From: Candidatus Eiseniibacteriota bacterium
Lineage (GTDB): Bacteria > Eisenbacteria > RBG-16-71-46
Reading direction: 5' to 3'
NCBI GenBank assembly: GCA_031366795.1
Contig: JANLOX010000200.1
Coordinates: 1 to 26,608 of the forward strand
Length of the DNA: 26,608 bases
Part shown: one piece after another, positions 19,201-26,608 of the stretch
Numbering within the stretch: the stretch's first letter is position 1
How the letters are laid out: every line of letters starts with the position of its first letter
Notes under the pieces: model-generated
The model's input: only the letters and a program-made list of their open reading frames with translations
Told to the model about the DNA's origin: nothing
The model's database searches: none
Position numbers and translations under genes: made by a program

Positions 19201-20882
19201 CGTTCAACATGGTGGCGTGGTGGCCGCTTGATGAGCCGACGGGCACGACCGCGATCGAGACGGTGATCGGCAACAACGGCACCGACACCAACGCTCCGGC
19301 CCACGTGACGGGCAAGGTGAAGGGCGCGCGCACCTTCAATGGCACCACGAACTACGTGCAGGCCGCCGACGCCGCGGCACTCAACTTCGGGACCGGCGAC
19401 CTGACGATCGACGCATGGGTGCGCACGACGCAGGGCAATGGCCTGCAGGGCATCGTCGACAAGCGCTTCGCCGATCCCGAGGCCGGCTACTCGCTGTACT
19501 TGAAGCAGGGGCGGCTCGCATTCCTGCTCGCCGAGCCTTCGACCTTCAACGGCGTGGAGTACTGGAGCAACACGACACCCTACATCGCCGATGGGCAGTG
19601 GCATCACGTCGCGGCGGTCGAGCGGCGCGCGGCAACCGCGAACGGCACGCGCCTGTATGTCGATGGTGCGCCCGTGGCGGCGTTCCCGGCGTTCAACCCG
19701 GCGGGCAACATTTCGAATACGCAGCCGCTGCGCATCGGCGCGCGCGCCGCGTTCGCGGGGGTGCAGAACTACTTCAACGGCAGCATCGACGAAGTGGAGT
19801 TATTCCAGCGCTCGCTCAACACGTCCGAAGTGCAGGCGATCTACGTGGCGGACTCGCTCGGCAAGTGCCGCGAGTTCCTCTACGTTCCGCTGTCCGCGAA
19901 CATCTGCCGCGACGGCACCGAAGTGACGCTGCAGATGAAGATCTGCAACTACACCACCTCGGCGCAGTCCTACAACGTCACCTTTGCCGGGCTGCCGGTG
20001 GGGCCAGGGTGCACGTTCAGCGGGCCGACGTCCTTCCAGTTGCTCGCGAGCAACCCGGTCACCGTGCCGGCGAACAGTTGCCTGCCGATCTCGTACAAGG
20101 TGTTCCGTCCCGCGGGCATGCCCGTGTACGCGACTTCCTGTTACAAGATCACGGCGACCAACACGGTCTCCGGCTACCAGAGCATCGGCGGTGGCTCCAT
20201 CACGGTGACCAAGCAGTGGTGCGCGCGCATCATCGGGCCGACGGATTGGGGCAACACGGGTGCCACCACGGCGCTGCGGTTCATGCTCACGAACACTTCG
20301 ACGCAGCCGCTGGCGGCGAGCTACACCGTGCGCGTTGCGACGAATTCGTCGGGCATCCCGGATGACCCCTCGAGCATCAGCCTGAACGGGCTCGAGCCGG
20401 ACTTCGCATTCTCGGGAACGGTAACGGCAGCGCCGGGCGATTCGGTGCCCGTCGATGTCGCCGCGCGGTTCACGCAATCACGCGGGTTCCGCTCGTACGA
20501 CATCGTGTTGTCGCTGGATGAAGACGGTGATGGCATCGACGACTCGCAGGTGTCCGCGCTGCTGCGCTACACCGAGAACCCGGCCACGACCGTGGCGGTG
20601 CCCATGCCACGCCCGGCGCCACGTACGCTGGTGCTGGCGATCGCGCCCAATCCGATACAGGAGCGGGCGCTCGTCCAGTTCATCCTGCCCGAGCGGTCGC
20701 AGGTCGAGGTGGGCCTGTACGACATCGTCGGACGGCGCGTGCGCACACTGCTCAAGGGCGAGCGGGACGCAGGGCCTGGCTCGTTCTCGGTGGATCTGGG
20801 AGCGCTTCCGCGCGGGGTGTACTTCGTGAGGCTGCGCGCGGGCAACGCGGGTGCTGCCCAACGGGTGGTGATGGTTCGATAG
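16290..20882 (+). CDS. 1530-aa secreted M43 (pappalysin/ulilysin-family) zinc metalloprotease with PKD, beta-propeller-like, PKD, LamG and C-terminal FlgD-Ig/T9SS-A-like domains
   Basis: AGGAG RBS; signal peptide; IPVVVHIVH, YLNIWV, HEAGHYLNLLH, DTPP, Met-turn NFMDY; PKD motifs YAWSFPGG and WNFGD...HIY..PGVYTV; LamG TIDAWV...DGQWHHVA...LYVDG...FNGSIDEV; CTD PNP...YDIVGRRV...GVYFVRL. Confidence 0.9.
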   Translation: MRLTSPRFRMPAGFIGALALLLFGIVIASAGQSSAATDPVNSAWSAPLGSEPCAAEDLLQRQLDADAALRARAELFEQLAQQAERQGLFKQPKGRAGAQVAPPTYVIPVVVHIVHQGGAENISDLQVKSQIYALNRDFANQLSYGSPAVNTTIQFCLATQLPPGSPVVWSTTPGITRDNSPETNHTYGSLVSENALKAISYLPAANYLNIWVVKTIAGGGGGVAGYGTFPGMSPPTRDGIVMRYDCFGSNSTPYGGPYTLLPGNADGKILAHEAGHYLNLLHTFHNGCSAPGDQVSDTPPEQVNRTGCPSPVPSSCTAALDPVENFMDYTNDACRFAFTMGQTSRMITAIATYRSVLVSASNLAAAGCSSGLNALIIATPSQLCAGGTVAFSTTASGGGYTYAWSFPGGTPSSANTQAANVAYASPGPQVATLTVTDGGSNFSTNTTTIYVNACTPIQNACTNWVFGYGCALSFATGVPVPVSGRLNVSAEPAAMISDASGNLLCYSDGLVVYTATNTVMPNSNGLLAGYSSHNGAIFVPRPGSATQYFLFTVRQWEDGPTSNPVNYSVIDMTLNAGAGDIPSGQKNIPVVLPGNPTTMVEGQALIPHCNGTDWWYILNGDGTASGKIFVTLVTSAGPVSTTVYNIGMTMAGVPAGAITPTPDGTRIAMANLSSKQIAAYNFDRATGVPTTLLAPMAVNAWADVALSPNGKLIYYSFDDGTTIGVRQMEIATLQVRDVLLNQRCGIKPGPDSKIYLGSGGSPTIHCINYPNIFNTLNLNECGLNENSVAMPPTATDAVFGALPNMVLQCTGATMPAQFTYTVTNCTTVTFHAVNCAGPYQWNFGDFNTAGGQNVSHIYGAPGVYTVTCTITGASPSVATQVLTLQMSPVSIAGSNTACGNPSNYSAIGPVNYNYSWTVVGGPPATGTGNNIDVTWGAGGGTVTLVATDPATGCTVTAVKNVGPCPVCTPAPFNMVAWWPLDEPTGTTAIETVIGNNGTDTNAPAHVTGKVKGARTFNGTTNYVQAADAAALNFGTGDLTIDAWVRTTQGNGLQGIVDKRFADPEAGYSLYLKQGRLAFLLAEPSTFNGVEYWSNTTPYIADGQWHHVAAVERRAATANGTRLYVDGAPVAAFPAFNPAGNISNTQPLRIGARAAFAGVQNYFNGSIDEVELFQRSLNTSEVQAIYVADSLGKCREFLYVPLSANICRDGTEVTLQMKICNYTTSAQSYNVTFAGLPVGPGCTFSGPTSFQLLASNPVTVPANSCLPISYKVFRPAGMPVYATSCYKITATNTVSGYQSIGGGSITVTKQWCARIIGPTDWGNTGATTALRFMLTNTSTQPLAASYTVRVATNSSGIPDDPSSISLNGLEPDFAFSGTVTAAPGDSVPVDVAARFTQSRGFRSYDIVLSLDEDGDGIDDSQVSALLRYTENPATTVAVPMPRPAPRTLVLAIAPNPIQERALVQFILPERSQVEVGLYDIVGRRVRTLLKGERDAGPGSFSVDLGALPRGVYFVRLRAGNAGAAQRVVMVR

Positions 20883-20910
20883 GCGGGCAGCGAAGGGGCG
20901 GCGATCGCGA

Positions 20911-20916
20911 TATACT
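20911..20916 (+). promoter_or_regulatory. -10 box (TATACT) for a probably leaderless transcript
   Basis: TATACT lies 8 nt before ATG 20925, with no SD sequence. Confidence 0.5.
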
Positions 20917-20924
20917 CTAGCGCT

Positions 20925-21128
20925 ATGGCCAAGCGTTCAGTTCATGTGACTCGCCGCCCGCTTCGTGAAGAGGGCAACCCAGTCGAAGCCCATGCGTCGC
21001 TCAGCCCCGCTGAGCGGATGGCGCTCGCTTGGGAGCTCTCTTTGCAGGCGTGGCTGTTCCAGGGAAGGACCATCGATGAGCTCCCCCTTTCGCGACATAT
21101 TGTCCGAGTTTACCGACGCGAGGGTTGA
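20925..21128 (+). CDS. Small protein (67 aa), partner of the downstream nucleotidyltransferase
   Basis: Leaderless-type start; helical SPAERMALAWEL...LSRHIVRV pattern; overlaps the NTase gene by 53 nt. Confidence 0.6.
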   Translation: MAKRSVHVTRRPLREEGNPVEAHASLSPAERMALAWELSLQAWLFQGRTIDELPLSRHIVRVYRREG

Positions 21129-21528
21129 ATACCTGCTGGTCGGCGCCTACGCGCTTGCCGCGCATGGGCTCATTCGTGGTACGGGCGACATTGATCTGTG
21201 GATCCACGCCACGCCGGAAAACGCCAAGCGTGTTGAACAGGCGATGCTTCGCTTTGGCGCCCCGCGCGAGCTATTCAACGTGGACGACTTCGCGCAGCCA
21301 AGCATGGTCGTGCAAGTGGGCGTGCCGCCGTATCGCATCGATATTCTCACCGACCTTACGGGCGTCGAGTGGGAGCAGGCTTGGGAGGATCGCTTTGTCT
21401 CCACGTTTGAGGGCGTCGAGGTCCCAGTGCTCAGCCGGGCGCATGTGATCGCCAACAAGCGCGCCACGAACCGGCCCAAGGATCAATTGGACCTCGCATG
21501 GCTCGAACAATGGCCGTCTTCGGAATAG
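21076..21528 (+). CDS. Minimal Pol-beta-superfamily nucleotidyltransferase (DUF6036-like)
   Basis: YLLVGAYALAAHG..RGTGDIDLW (G-x...DxD), RIDIL, NKRA.NRPKD..DL. Confidence 0.8.
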   Translation: MSSPFRDILSEFTDARVEYLLVGAYALAAHGLIRGTGDIDLWIHATPENAKRVEQAMLRFGAPRELFNVDDFAQPSMVVQVGVPPYRIDILTDLTGVEWEQAWEDRFVSTFEGVEVPVLSRAHVIANKRATNRPKDQLDLAWLEQWPSSE

Positions 21529-21618
21529 AGGCCGTGGTGCGATTTGCGGGTGGAATTGCCTCGAAGCACCGGCTTTACCGGCGCCAGTGCTTCGCCCTCA
21601 CCCGAGAGCCCCCTCATC

Positions 21619-23384
21619 ATGCCCCGAATCCTTGCCGTTGCGATTGCATTCCTCTGCTTGGGCTTCACCGCGCGCCCAGCACTCGCGACCCCGTCCGTGG
21701 CGCGGCGTTGGAATGAGGCGATGCTGAGTTCGATCCGCCAGGATCTCGCGCGGCCCACCGTGCAGGCGCGCAACCTGTTCCACTTCTCCATCGCGGCCAG
21801 CACTATGCGTCCTACAACCCGCCGATGATGGTGACGTTCCCCGGTGACTCGACGCTGGTGGACCCGAATCGCTGGCAGCCGCTCGCGCTCACCATGTTCA
21901 TCGACCAGAACGGCAATCCGCTACCCGGGACGACGCCGAAGTTCCTGACGCCCGCGTGGGGGAGCGTTACGCCATGCGCCATGCTCCCGGGCGATCGAAC
22001 GATTCATAATCGCGGCGGCTTCGACTATCCCGTCTACATGGATCCGGGCCCACCGCCGATGTTGGACACGCTCGACACGGCCAGTCCAGGGTCGCAACTC
22101 TGCAAGTGGGCGTTCGAGTTGGTCGCTGTGTGGTCGTCGCACCTGAAGGCCGCCGATACGCAGATGCTCGACATCTCGCCCGCCTCACTCGGCAACAACG
22201 CCACGCTCCCCGCGCCGCCCGAGGCATTTCCTGCGTTCTGCAATCTCACTGGCGGTGGCGATGCAGGAACCGGCCGCCCGCTCAATCCGCGCACTGGCCT
22301 GCCGTACACGCCGCAGGTCGTGCCGCGCGGGGACTTCACGCGCGTGCTGGCCGAATTCTGGGCCGACGGCCCCACGTCCGAGACACCGCCCGGGCACTGG
22401 TTCACCATTCTCAACGATGTGAGTGGCCATCCGCTGTTCACGAAGCGGTTCCGCGGGCAGGGGCCTGTGCTCGATGACCTGCAGTGGGACGTGAAGTCGT
22501 ATTTCGCGCTGGGCGGTGCCGTGCACGCCGCCGCCATCTCAGCGTGGGGTATCAAAGGCTGGTACGACTTCGTGCGTCCGATCTCCGCGATCCGTTGGAT
22601 GGCAGGCAAGGGCCAGTGCAACGACACGACGCTCGCATCGTATTCGCCGATGGGAATCCCCCTGCTGCCCGGCTACATCTCGAACCCCGCGACGGGTGTG
22701 GCGGATGTCGGCTGGATCCTCGCGGCCAATTGGTTCCCCTACCAGCGGCCCACGTTCGTGACGCCGCCGTTCGCGGGCTACATCTCGGGCCACTCGACCT
22801 ACTCGCGCGCCGCCGCCGAAGTAATGACGAGCCTCACAGGCGATGAGTATTTCCCGGGCGGCATGGCCAAGTTCCACGCGACCAACCACCAGTTCCTCGT
22901 GTTCGAGGACGGCCCGAGCGTCGATGTCACTCTGCAATGGGCAACCTACCGCGATGCCTCCGACCAGTGCAGCCTGTCGCGCATCTGGGGCGGCATCCAC
23001 TTACCGATCGACGATATTCCCGGACGCCTGATCGGCTGCAACATCGGCGTGCGCGCATTCACGCACGCCTGGAGCTACCTCGAGTCGGGCACCCTGGCGG
23101 TGCCCATGTACGCCTCGCAGCCCGCAGCGCCCGCGATGGCCGTCTACCCGAATCCCGCGAGAACGACAGGCCATGTCACCGTGACGGTCGACGCCGCGAT
23201 GGCCGCAGCGCCTGTCGAGTTATTCGACGTGATGGGGCACCGGTTCGCGCAGGGCAAGCTCGTCGCGAACGGAGCGCAGACCCGCTTCGCGATCGATACC
23301 GGCGCGCTGCGGCCGGGCGTTTATCTCGTGCGCTCGGGACGCGGGGTGAGTGCCACGACGCGGCGATTGCTGGTGGTGCGGTAA
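21619..23384 (+). pseudogene. Vanadium haloperoxidase/PAP2-superfamily secreted protein with C-terminal FlgD/T9SS-like domain, split by a frameshift near 21796
   Basis: The 5' part (ATG 21619) has a signal peptide plus SVARRWNE...RPTVQARNLFH. The 3' part is in another frame and has K..Y...RP, PPFAGYISGHS, SRIWGGIH...D and a CTD (YPNP...FDVMG...PGVYLV...RRLLVVR). Confidence 0.75.
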
Positions 23385-23683
23385 CGGTTTCGCGGCGATG
23401 GCTGCGGAGATCCAAGAGCGCACGGCGGAGTAGCGCCCCGCACCATGGCCTGCAATCTCTTGTAAGCCTTGCCCGGCGTTCCTCGCCGTGTACGTCCTGC
23501 AGGAGTCGTGACTCGAAATGAACCCACTATTCACACTTGCATGGGCTACTTCAGGCCCGCCGGATCGGCTTGGTTCTTGCTCTCATTGGAATGCGTCCCC
23601 ACTCGAAGGCTTCAACCTTCGGGCCATCTGGATTCCTGCGGTTCGAGGCGCAGTGAGCGCGCGAGCCTTGGAAGGATGCGCGC

Positions 23684-24262
23684 GTGCCCCGAGTCAGTTC
23701 CACCGATTCCGACGAAGATCTCATGCGCTGCATCATCCTGGGGGATGAACGCGCGCTGGATTTGCTCTACGACCGGCACAATCCACTCATGTATTCGATG
23801 GCACTGCGAATCCTGCGTAGTGCCTCCGATGTCGAAGACACGATCCAGGATGCGTGGCTCCAGATCTGGCAGCGCGCAGGCACTTATGATTCATCACGCG
23901 GCTGCGTCGCGGCGTGGGCGCTGACCGTAGCGCGCAATCGCGCGATCGACCGCCTGCGAAGCCTGAATGCGCGGCGGAACGCCGAGACGCAATCGCGGGC
24001 CTCGGGACATACGGAACCGCCCACACTACTGGATGGCGCTGCTGCCGCGAGCATCCATGGTGAACTCCACGAAAGAGTGTGCAACGCCCTCGCCACACTC
24101 ACCGCTCCCCAGCGGAAAGCGCTGGAGTTGGCGTACTTCGGCGGGCTATCCCAGAGCGAGATCGCGCAGGCCCTCGAAGTTCCACTTGGAACCGTCAAAT
24201 CTTGGACGCGACAGGGCCTGTCGCAGCTGGGCGGTCTGTTCACGCGCGAGGAGTGGGAGTAG
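23684..24262 (+). CDS. ECF sigma-70 factor (SigK-like)
   Basis: D..AL..LYDRH, ED.IQD.WLQIW..A..YD..RG...W...ARNRAIDRLR, region 4 LAYFGGLSQSEIA..L.VPLGTVKS. Confidence 0.92.
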   Translation: MPRVSSTDSDEDLMRCIILGDERALDLLYDRHNPLMYSMALRILRSASDVEDTIQDAWLQIWQRAGTYDSSRGCVAAWALTVARNRAIDRLRSLNARRNAETQSRASGHTEPPTLLDGAAAASIHGELHERVCNALATLTAPQRKALELAYFGGLSQSEIAQALEVPLGTVKSWTRQGLSQLGGLFTREEWE

Positions 24263-24264
24263 CA

Positions 24265-24296
24265 CTCTCGCAGTTGCGCCGGGAAACCTGCGAGAG
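24265..24296. terminator. Hairpin between convergent genes
   Basis: CTCTCGCAG...CTGCGAGAG 9-bp stem; no clear U-tract. Confidence 0.35.
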
Positions 24297-24334
24297 GAGT
24301 TCGGGTCGGCATGCATAGGCGCCCGTCGCGCCCT

Positions 24335-25603
24335 CTACGTCCGCTGCTTCTTCTTCTCCGCCGCGGGGAACAGCACGTTGTTCAGGATCAGCCGGTAGCC
24401 CGGCGAGTGCTTGTACTGCGACAGGTCCGTCGCGGGGTCTCCGACCATGTGCTGGTAGTCCTCGGGGTCGTGGCCCCCCAGGAACGTGAAGGTGCCCCTG
24501 CCGTACTGGCCGTGCAGGTACTTCACTTCGTCCGAGCCCTCGACCTCGCCCAGCAGCAGGATGCCGCTCTTGATCTTGTCCTTGTGGAAGCCGGTGCTCT
24601 GACCGAGGAACTCAGGCACGGCGTTCACGTGGTCCTGGATCAGCATGGTGGGCACGGGATCGTTTTTCGCCGAGAAATCGAACAGCGTGAACGCGGCGTT
24701 CGGCCCACGCTGGGCGGCTTCCTGCGTCACGTCGATGTCGGAGAACCGGTAGAGGTACGGGTCCATCTCGAGATGGAAGTCCTTGAACGCCAGCGTGCGC
24801 GAGAAGTCGAGTTTCTGCTGCGCCAGCGGATCGAACGGGTCGCCATCGTAGATGTCGCCGGCGATATCGACGCCTGCTGCGGCAAGCGCAATGTCGTAGG
24901 TGTCGGTCGCCGAGCACATGCCGAACATGAAGCCGCCCTTGGAGACGTACTCCTTGATCGTCAGCGCCACGGCGGCCTTGAGTTGTGTGATCTTGGCGAA
25001 CCCGAGCTTCGTCGCCATCGCCTGCTGGACCTGCGTCTCTTCGATGTACCACGGGAAGTTGTGGTACGCGGTGAAGAACTTGCCGTGCTGGCCGGTGAAG
25101 TCCTCGTGGTGCAGGTGCAGCCAGTCATACTTGGCGAGATCGCCGCGCAACACTTCCTCATCCCACACGGTCTTGTAGGGGATGTCGGCGTACTTGAGCG
25201 CCATCGTCACGGCGTCGTCCCACGGCGGCGTGTTCGCGGGGATGTAGACGGCGACGCGCGGTGCTTTCTCGAGGGCGACCGATTCCATGTTGTTGTCCGC
25301 AATCTCGGCGCGCATCGAGGCCTCATCGCCGCCGCTCATCACTTGCGTCGAAACACCGCGCAGGTCGGCCTCGCGCTGGATTGCCGGATCGTCGGCGAAC
25401 AGGAACGAGCCGCCGCGATAGTTGAGTTCCCACTCGGCCTTCTGGCCCTGGCCCAGCACCCAGTAGGTGAGGCCATAAGCCTTCAAGTGATCGGTCTGCG
25501 CCTCGTCCATCGGCACGAGGATCTTGGCCTGTGCCACGGCGGCGAGCGTCATGAGCGACAGCATCACGAATGCGGCCACCCCGCTGCGTGATCCGAATTT
25601 CAC
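24335..25603 (-). CDS. Conserved secreted protein with class-I GATase-like fold (family often auto-annotated 'asparagine synthetase B' in FCB bacteria)
   Basis: Signal peptide ending AQA; HLKAYG..Y, LNYRGGSF, PWDDAVT, DWLHLHHEDFTGQ, GGFMFGMCSATD (elbow Cys), GGHDPEDYQH, PGYRLILNNVLFP. Confidence 0.75.
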   Translation of the reverse strand: MKFGSRSGVAAFVMLSLMTLAAVAQAKILVPMDEAQTDHLKAYGLTYWVLGQGQKAEWELNYRGGSFLFADDPAIQREADLRGVSTQVMSGGDEASMRAEIADNNMESVALEKAPRVAVYIPANTPPWDDAVTMALKYADIPYKTVWDEEVLRGDLAKYDWLHLHHEDFTGQHGKFFTAYHNFPWYIEETQVQQAMATKLGFAKITQLKAAVALTIKEYVSKGGFMFGMCSATDTYDIALAAAGVDIAGDIYDGDPFDPLAQQKLDFSRTLAFKDFHLEMDPYLYRFSDIDVTQEAAQRGPNAAFTLFDFSAKNDPVPTMLIQDHVNAVPEFLGQSTGFHKDKIKSGILLLGEVEGSDEVKYLHGQYGRGTFTFLGGHDPEDYQHMVGDPATDLSQYKHSPGYRLILNNVLFPAAEKKKQRT

Positions 25604-26608
25604 CTAGAGCCTGCCCTTCTTGAGCGCTTCGAGACGGCGCCGCACTTCGGCCGAGTTCCACGCCCTGGGATATCGCGTGAGGCATTCTTCGTACTGGGCA
25701 AGCGCTTCGGGTTGCTTCTTGAGCTTGTACAAGTAGATGTCGCCGGCCATCTCGCGCGCGACGGGGGCGAGGCGGTCATCAGGCAACTGCGTCGCCAGCT
25801 CGAGCACCGGCACCAGCGCCGCCTCGGGTTCGCCGAGCGTTTCGTGGCGCTGCCCGCGGAAGATTGCGAGCCGCGCCCACAACGGACCGTGCTGCATCGA
25901 CGCCGCGAGTGAGTCGGCGAAAGTCAGGGCCGCCCGTGCATCGCCGCGCCAGTCGAGGTACATCAGATGGCCGACGGCAGGCAGGAGGCTCTTGGGGCTG
26001 GTGTCCTCGATCAGGTACATGCGGTCGAACGCAGCGCCAGCGAACGGCGCCTCGGGATCGGCGCTCGCGCGCTTGTACTCGGCCAGCGCCGAGTCGGCCA
26101 TCCCGGCGAAGAACAGCGCTTCGGCAAAGCGGAAGCGCGCTTCGGGGGAGGACTCGGCGATTCCCTGCAACGTCGGCAGCGCCTTCTGGGGTGGCCCCTC
26201 GTGGAGGTCATCCAAAGCGCGTTCGAGGGCGATGCCGGGCTTCGCGGGGCCTGCACCCGCGGGCGTGTCGAGGAGCGTGCGAGCCGCCGTCGTCTGGCCA
26301 GCCTCGCGCAGCGCGCGCGCCACATCGACGAGCAGTTCGGCGTTCCAGCGCGCGGGGGGCACGTCCTTGAGCGCGGCGTACACCTGTGGGGCGCCAGCCT
26401 TCGCGGTGCCGCGGGCGTCGTAAACATCCATCGCGCGACGGGCCGCCTGCATGCGGTAGCTCGCGTCGTAGCGTGGGTCCGATATCATGCCGAGCAGCGC
26501 ATCGACGGCGCCGAGCGAGTCGCGTTCCGCGCCGCTCGACAGCAGCACATCGGCGAAGCGCCAGCGCAGCGGCGGCGTGAGTCCCGGGCTGTCGGCGGCG
26601 GTGAGCGC
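25604..26608 (-). CDS. TPR-repeat protein, 5'-truncated by the window edge
   Basis: Frame open to base 26608; helical repeats ARFRFAEALFFAG..DSA..EY and GDIY......EALAQYE..L..YP; its stop abuts the next start codon. Confidence 0.75.
   Translation of the reverse strand, partial: ALTAADSPGLTPPLRWRFADVLLSSGAERDSLGAVDALLGMISDPRYDASYRMQAARRAMDVYDARGTAKAGAPQVYAALKDVPPARWNAELLVDVARALREAGQTTAARTLLDTPAGAGPAKPGIALERALDDLHEGPPQKALPTLQGIAESSPEARFRFAEALFFAGMADSALAEYKRASADPEAPFAGAAFDRMYLIEDTSPKSLLPAVGHLMYLDWRGDARAALTFADSLAASMQHGPLWARLAIFRGQRHETLGEPEAALVPVLELATQLPDDRLAPVAREMAGDIYLYKLKKQPEALAQYEECLTRYPRAWNSAEVRRRLEALKKGRL

Overview
GC-rich bacterial chromosomal window. Its gene content (several proteins with a FlgD-Ig/T9SS-type-A-like C-terminal domain, OmpA with TSP3 repeats, CdaA) suggests an FCB-related lineage such as Ca. 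Eisenbacteria; this is inference only. The left part is housekeeping: the 3' end of a FadJ/FadB-type 3-hydroxyacyl-CoA dehydrogenase, then a minus-strand cluster dinB-like - folP - cdaA - tRNA(CAT) - tilS - hpt - ftsH. The ftsH gene carries a 189-aa Cys-rich mini-intein just before Walker B, and codons around both splice junctions are conspicuously A/T-rich. The middle and right parts are accessory envelope/secretome genes: OmpA-TSP3; a 931-aa lipoprotein fusing a degenerate M61-like peptidase, a degenerate UshA-like CGC domain and a tetraheme cytochrome c; an FN3+CTD protein; a damaged GH28-like gene; a 1530-aa M43 metalloprotease; a small protein plus nucleotidyltransferase pair; a broken vanadium haloperoxidase/PAP2 gene; an orphan ECF sigma factor; a conserved GATase-like secreted protein; and a TPR protein running off the edge. 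A structured candidate sRNA lies between fadJ and ftsH. No CRISPR array, rRNA, transposase or integrase was seen. Family assignments come from motif recognition, not database searches.
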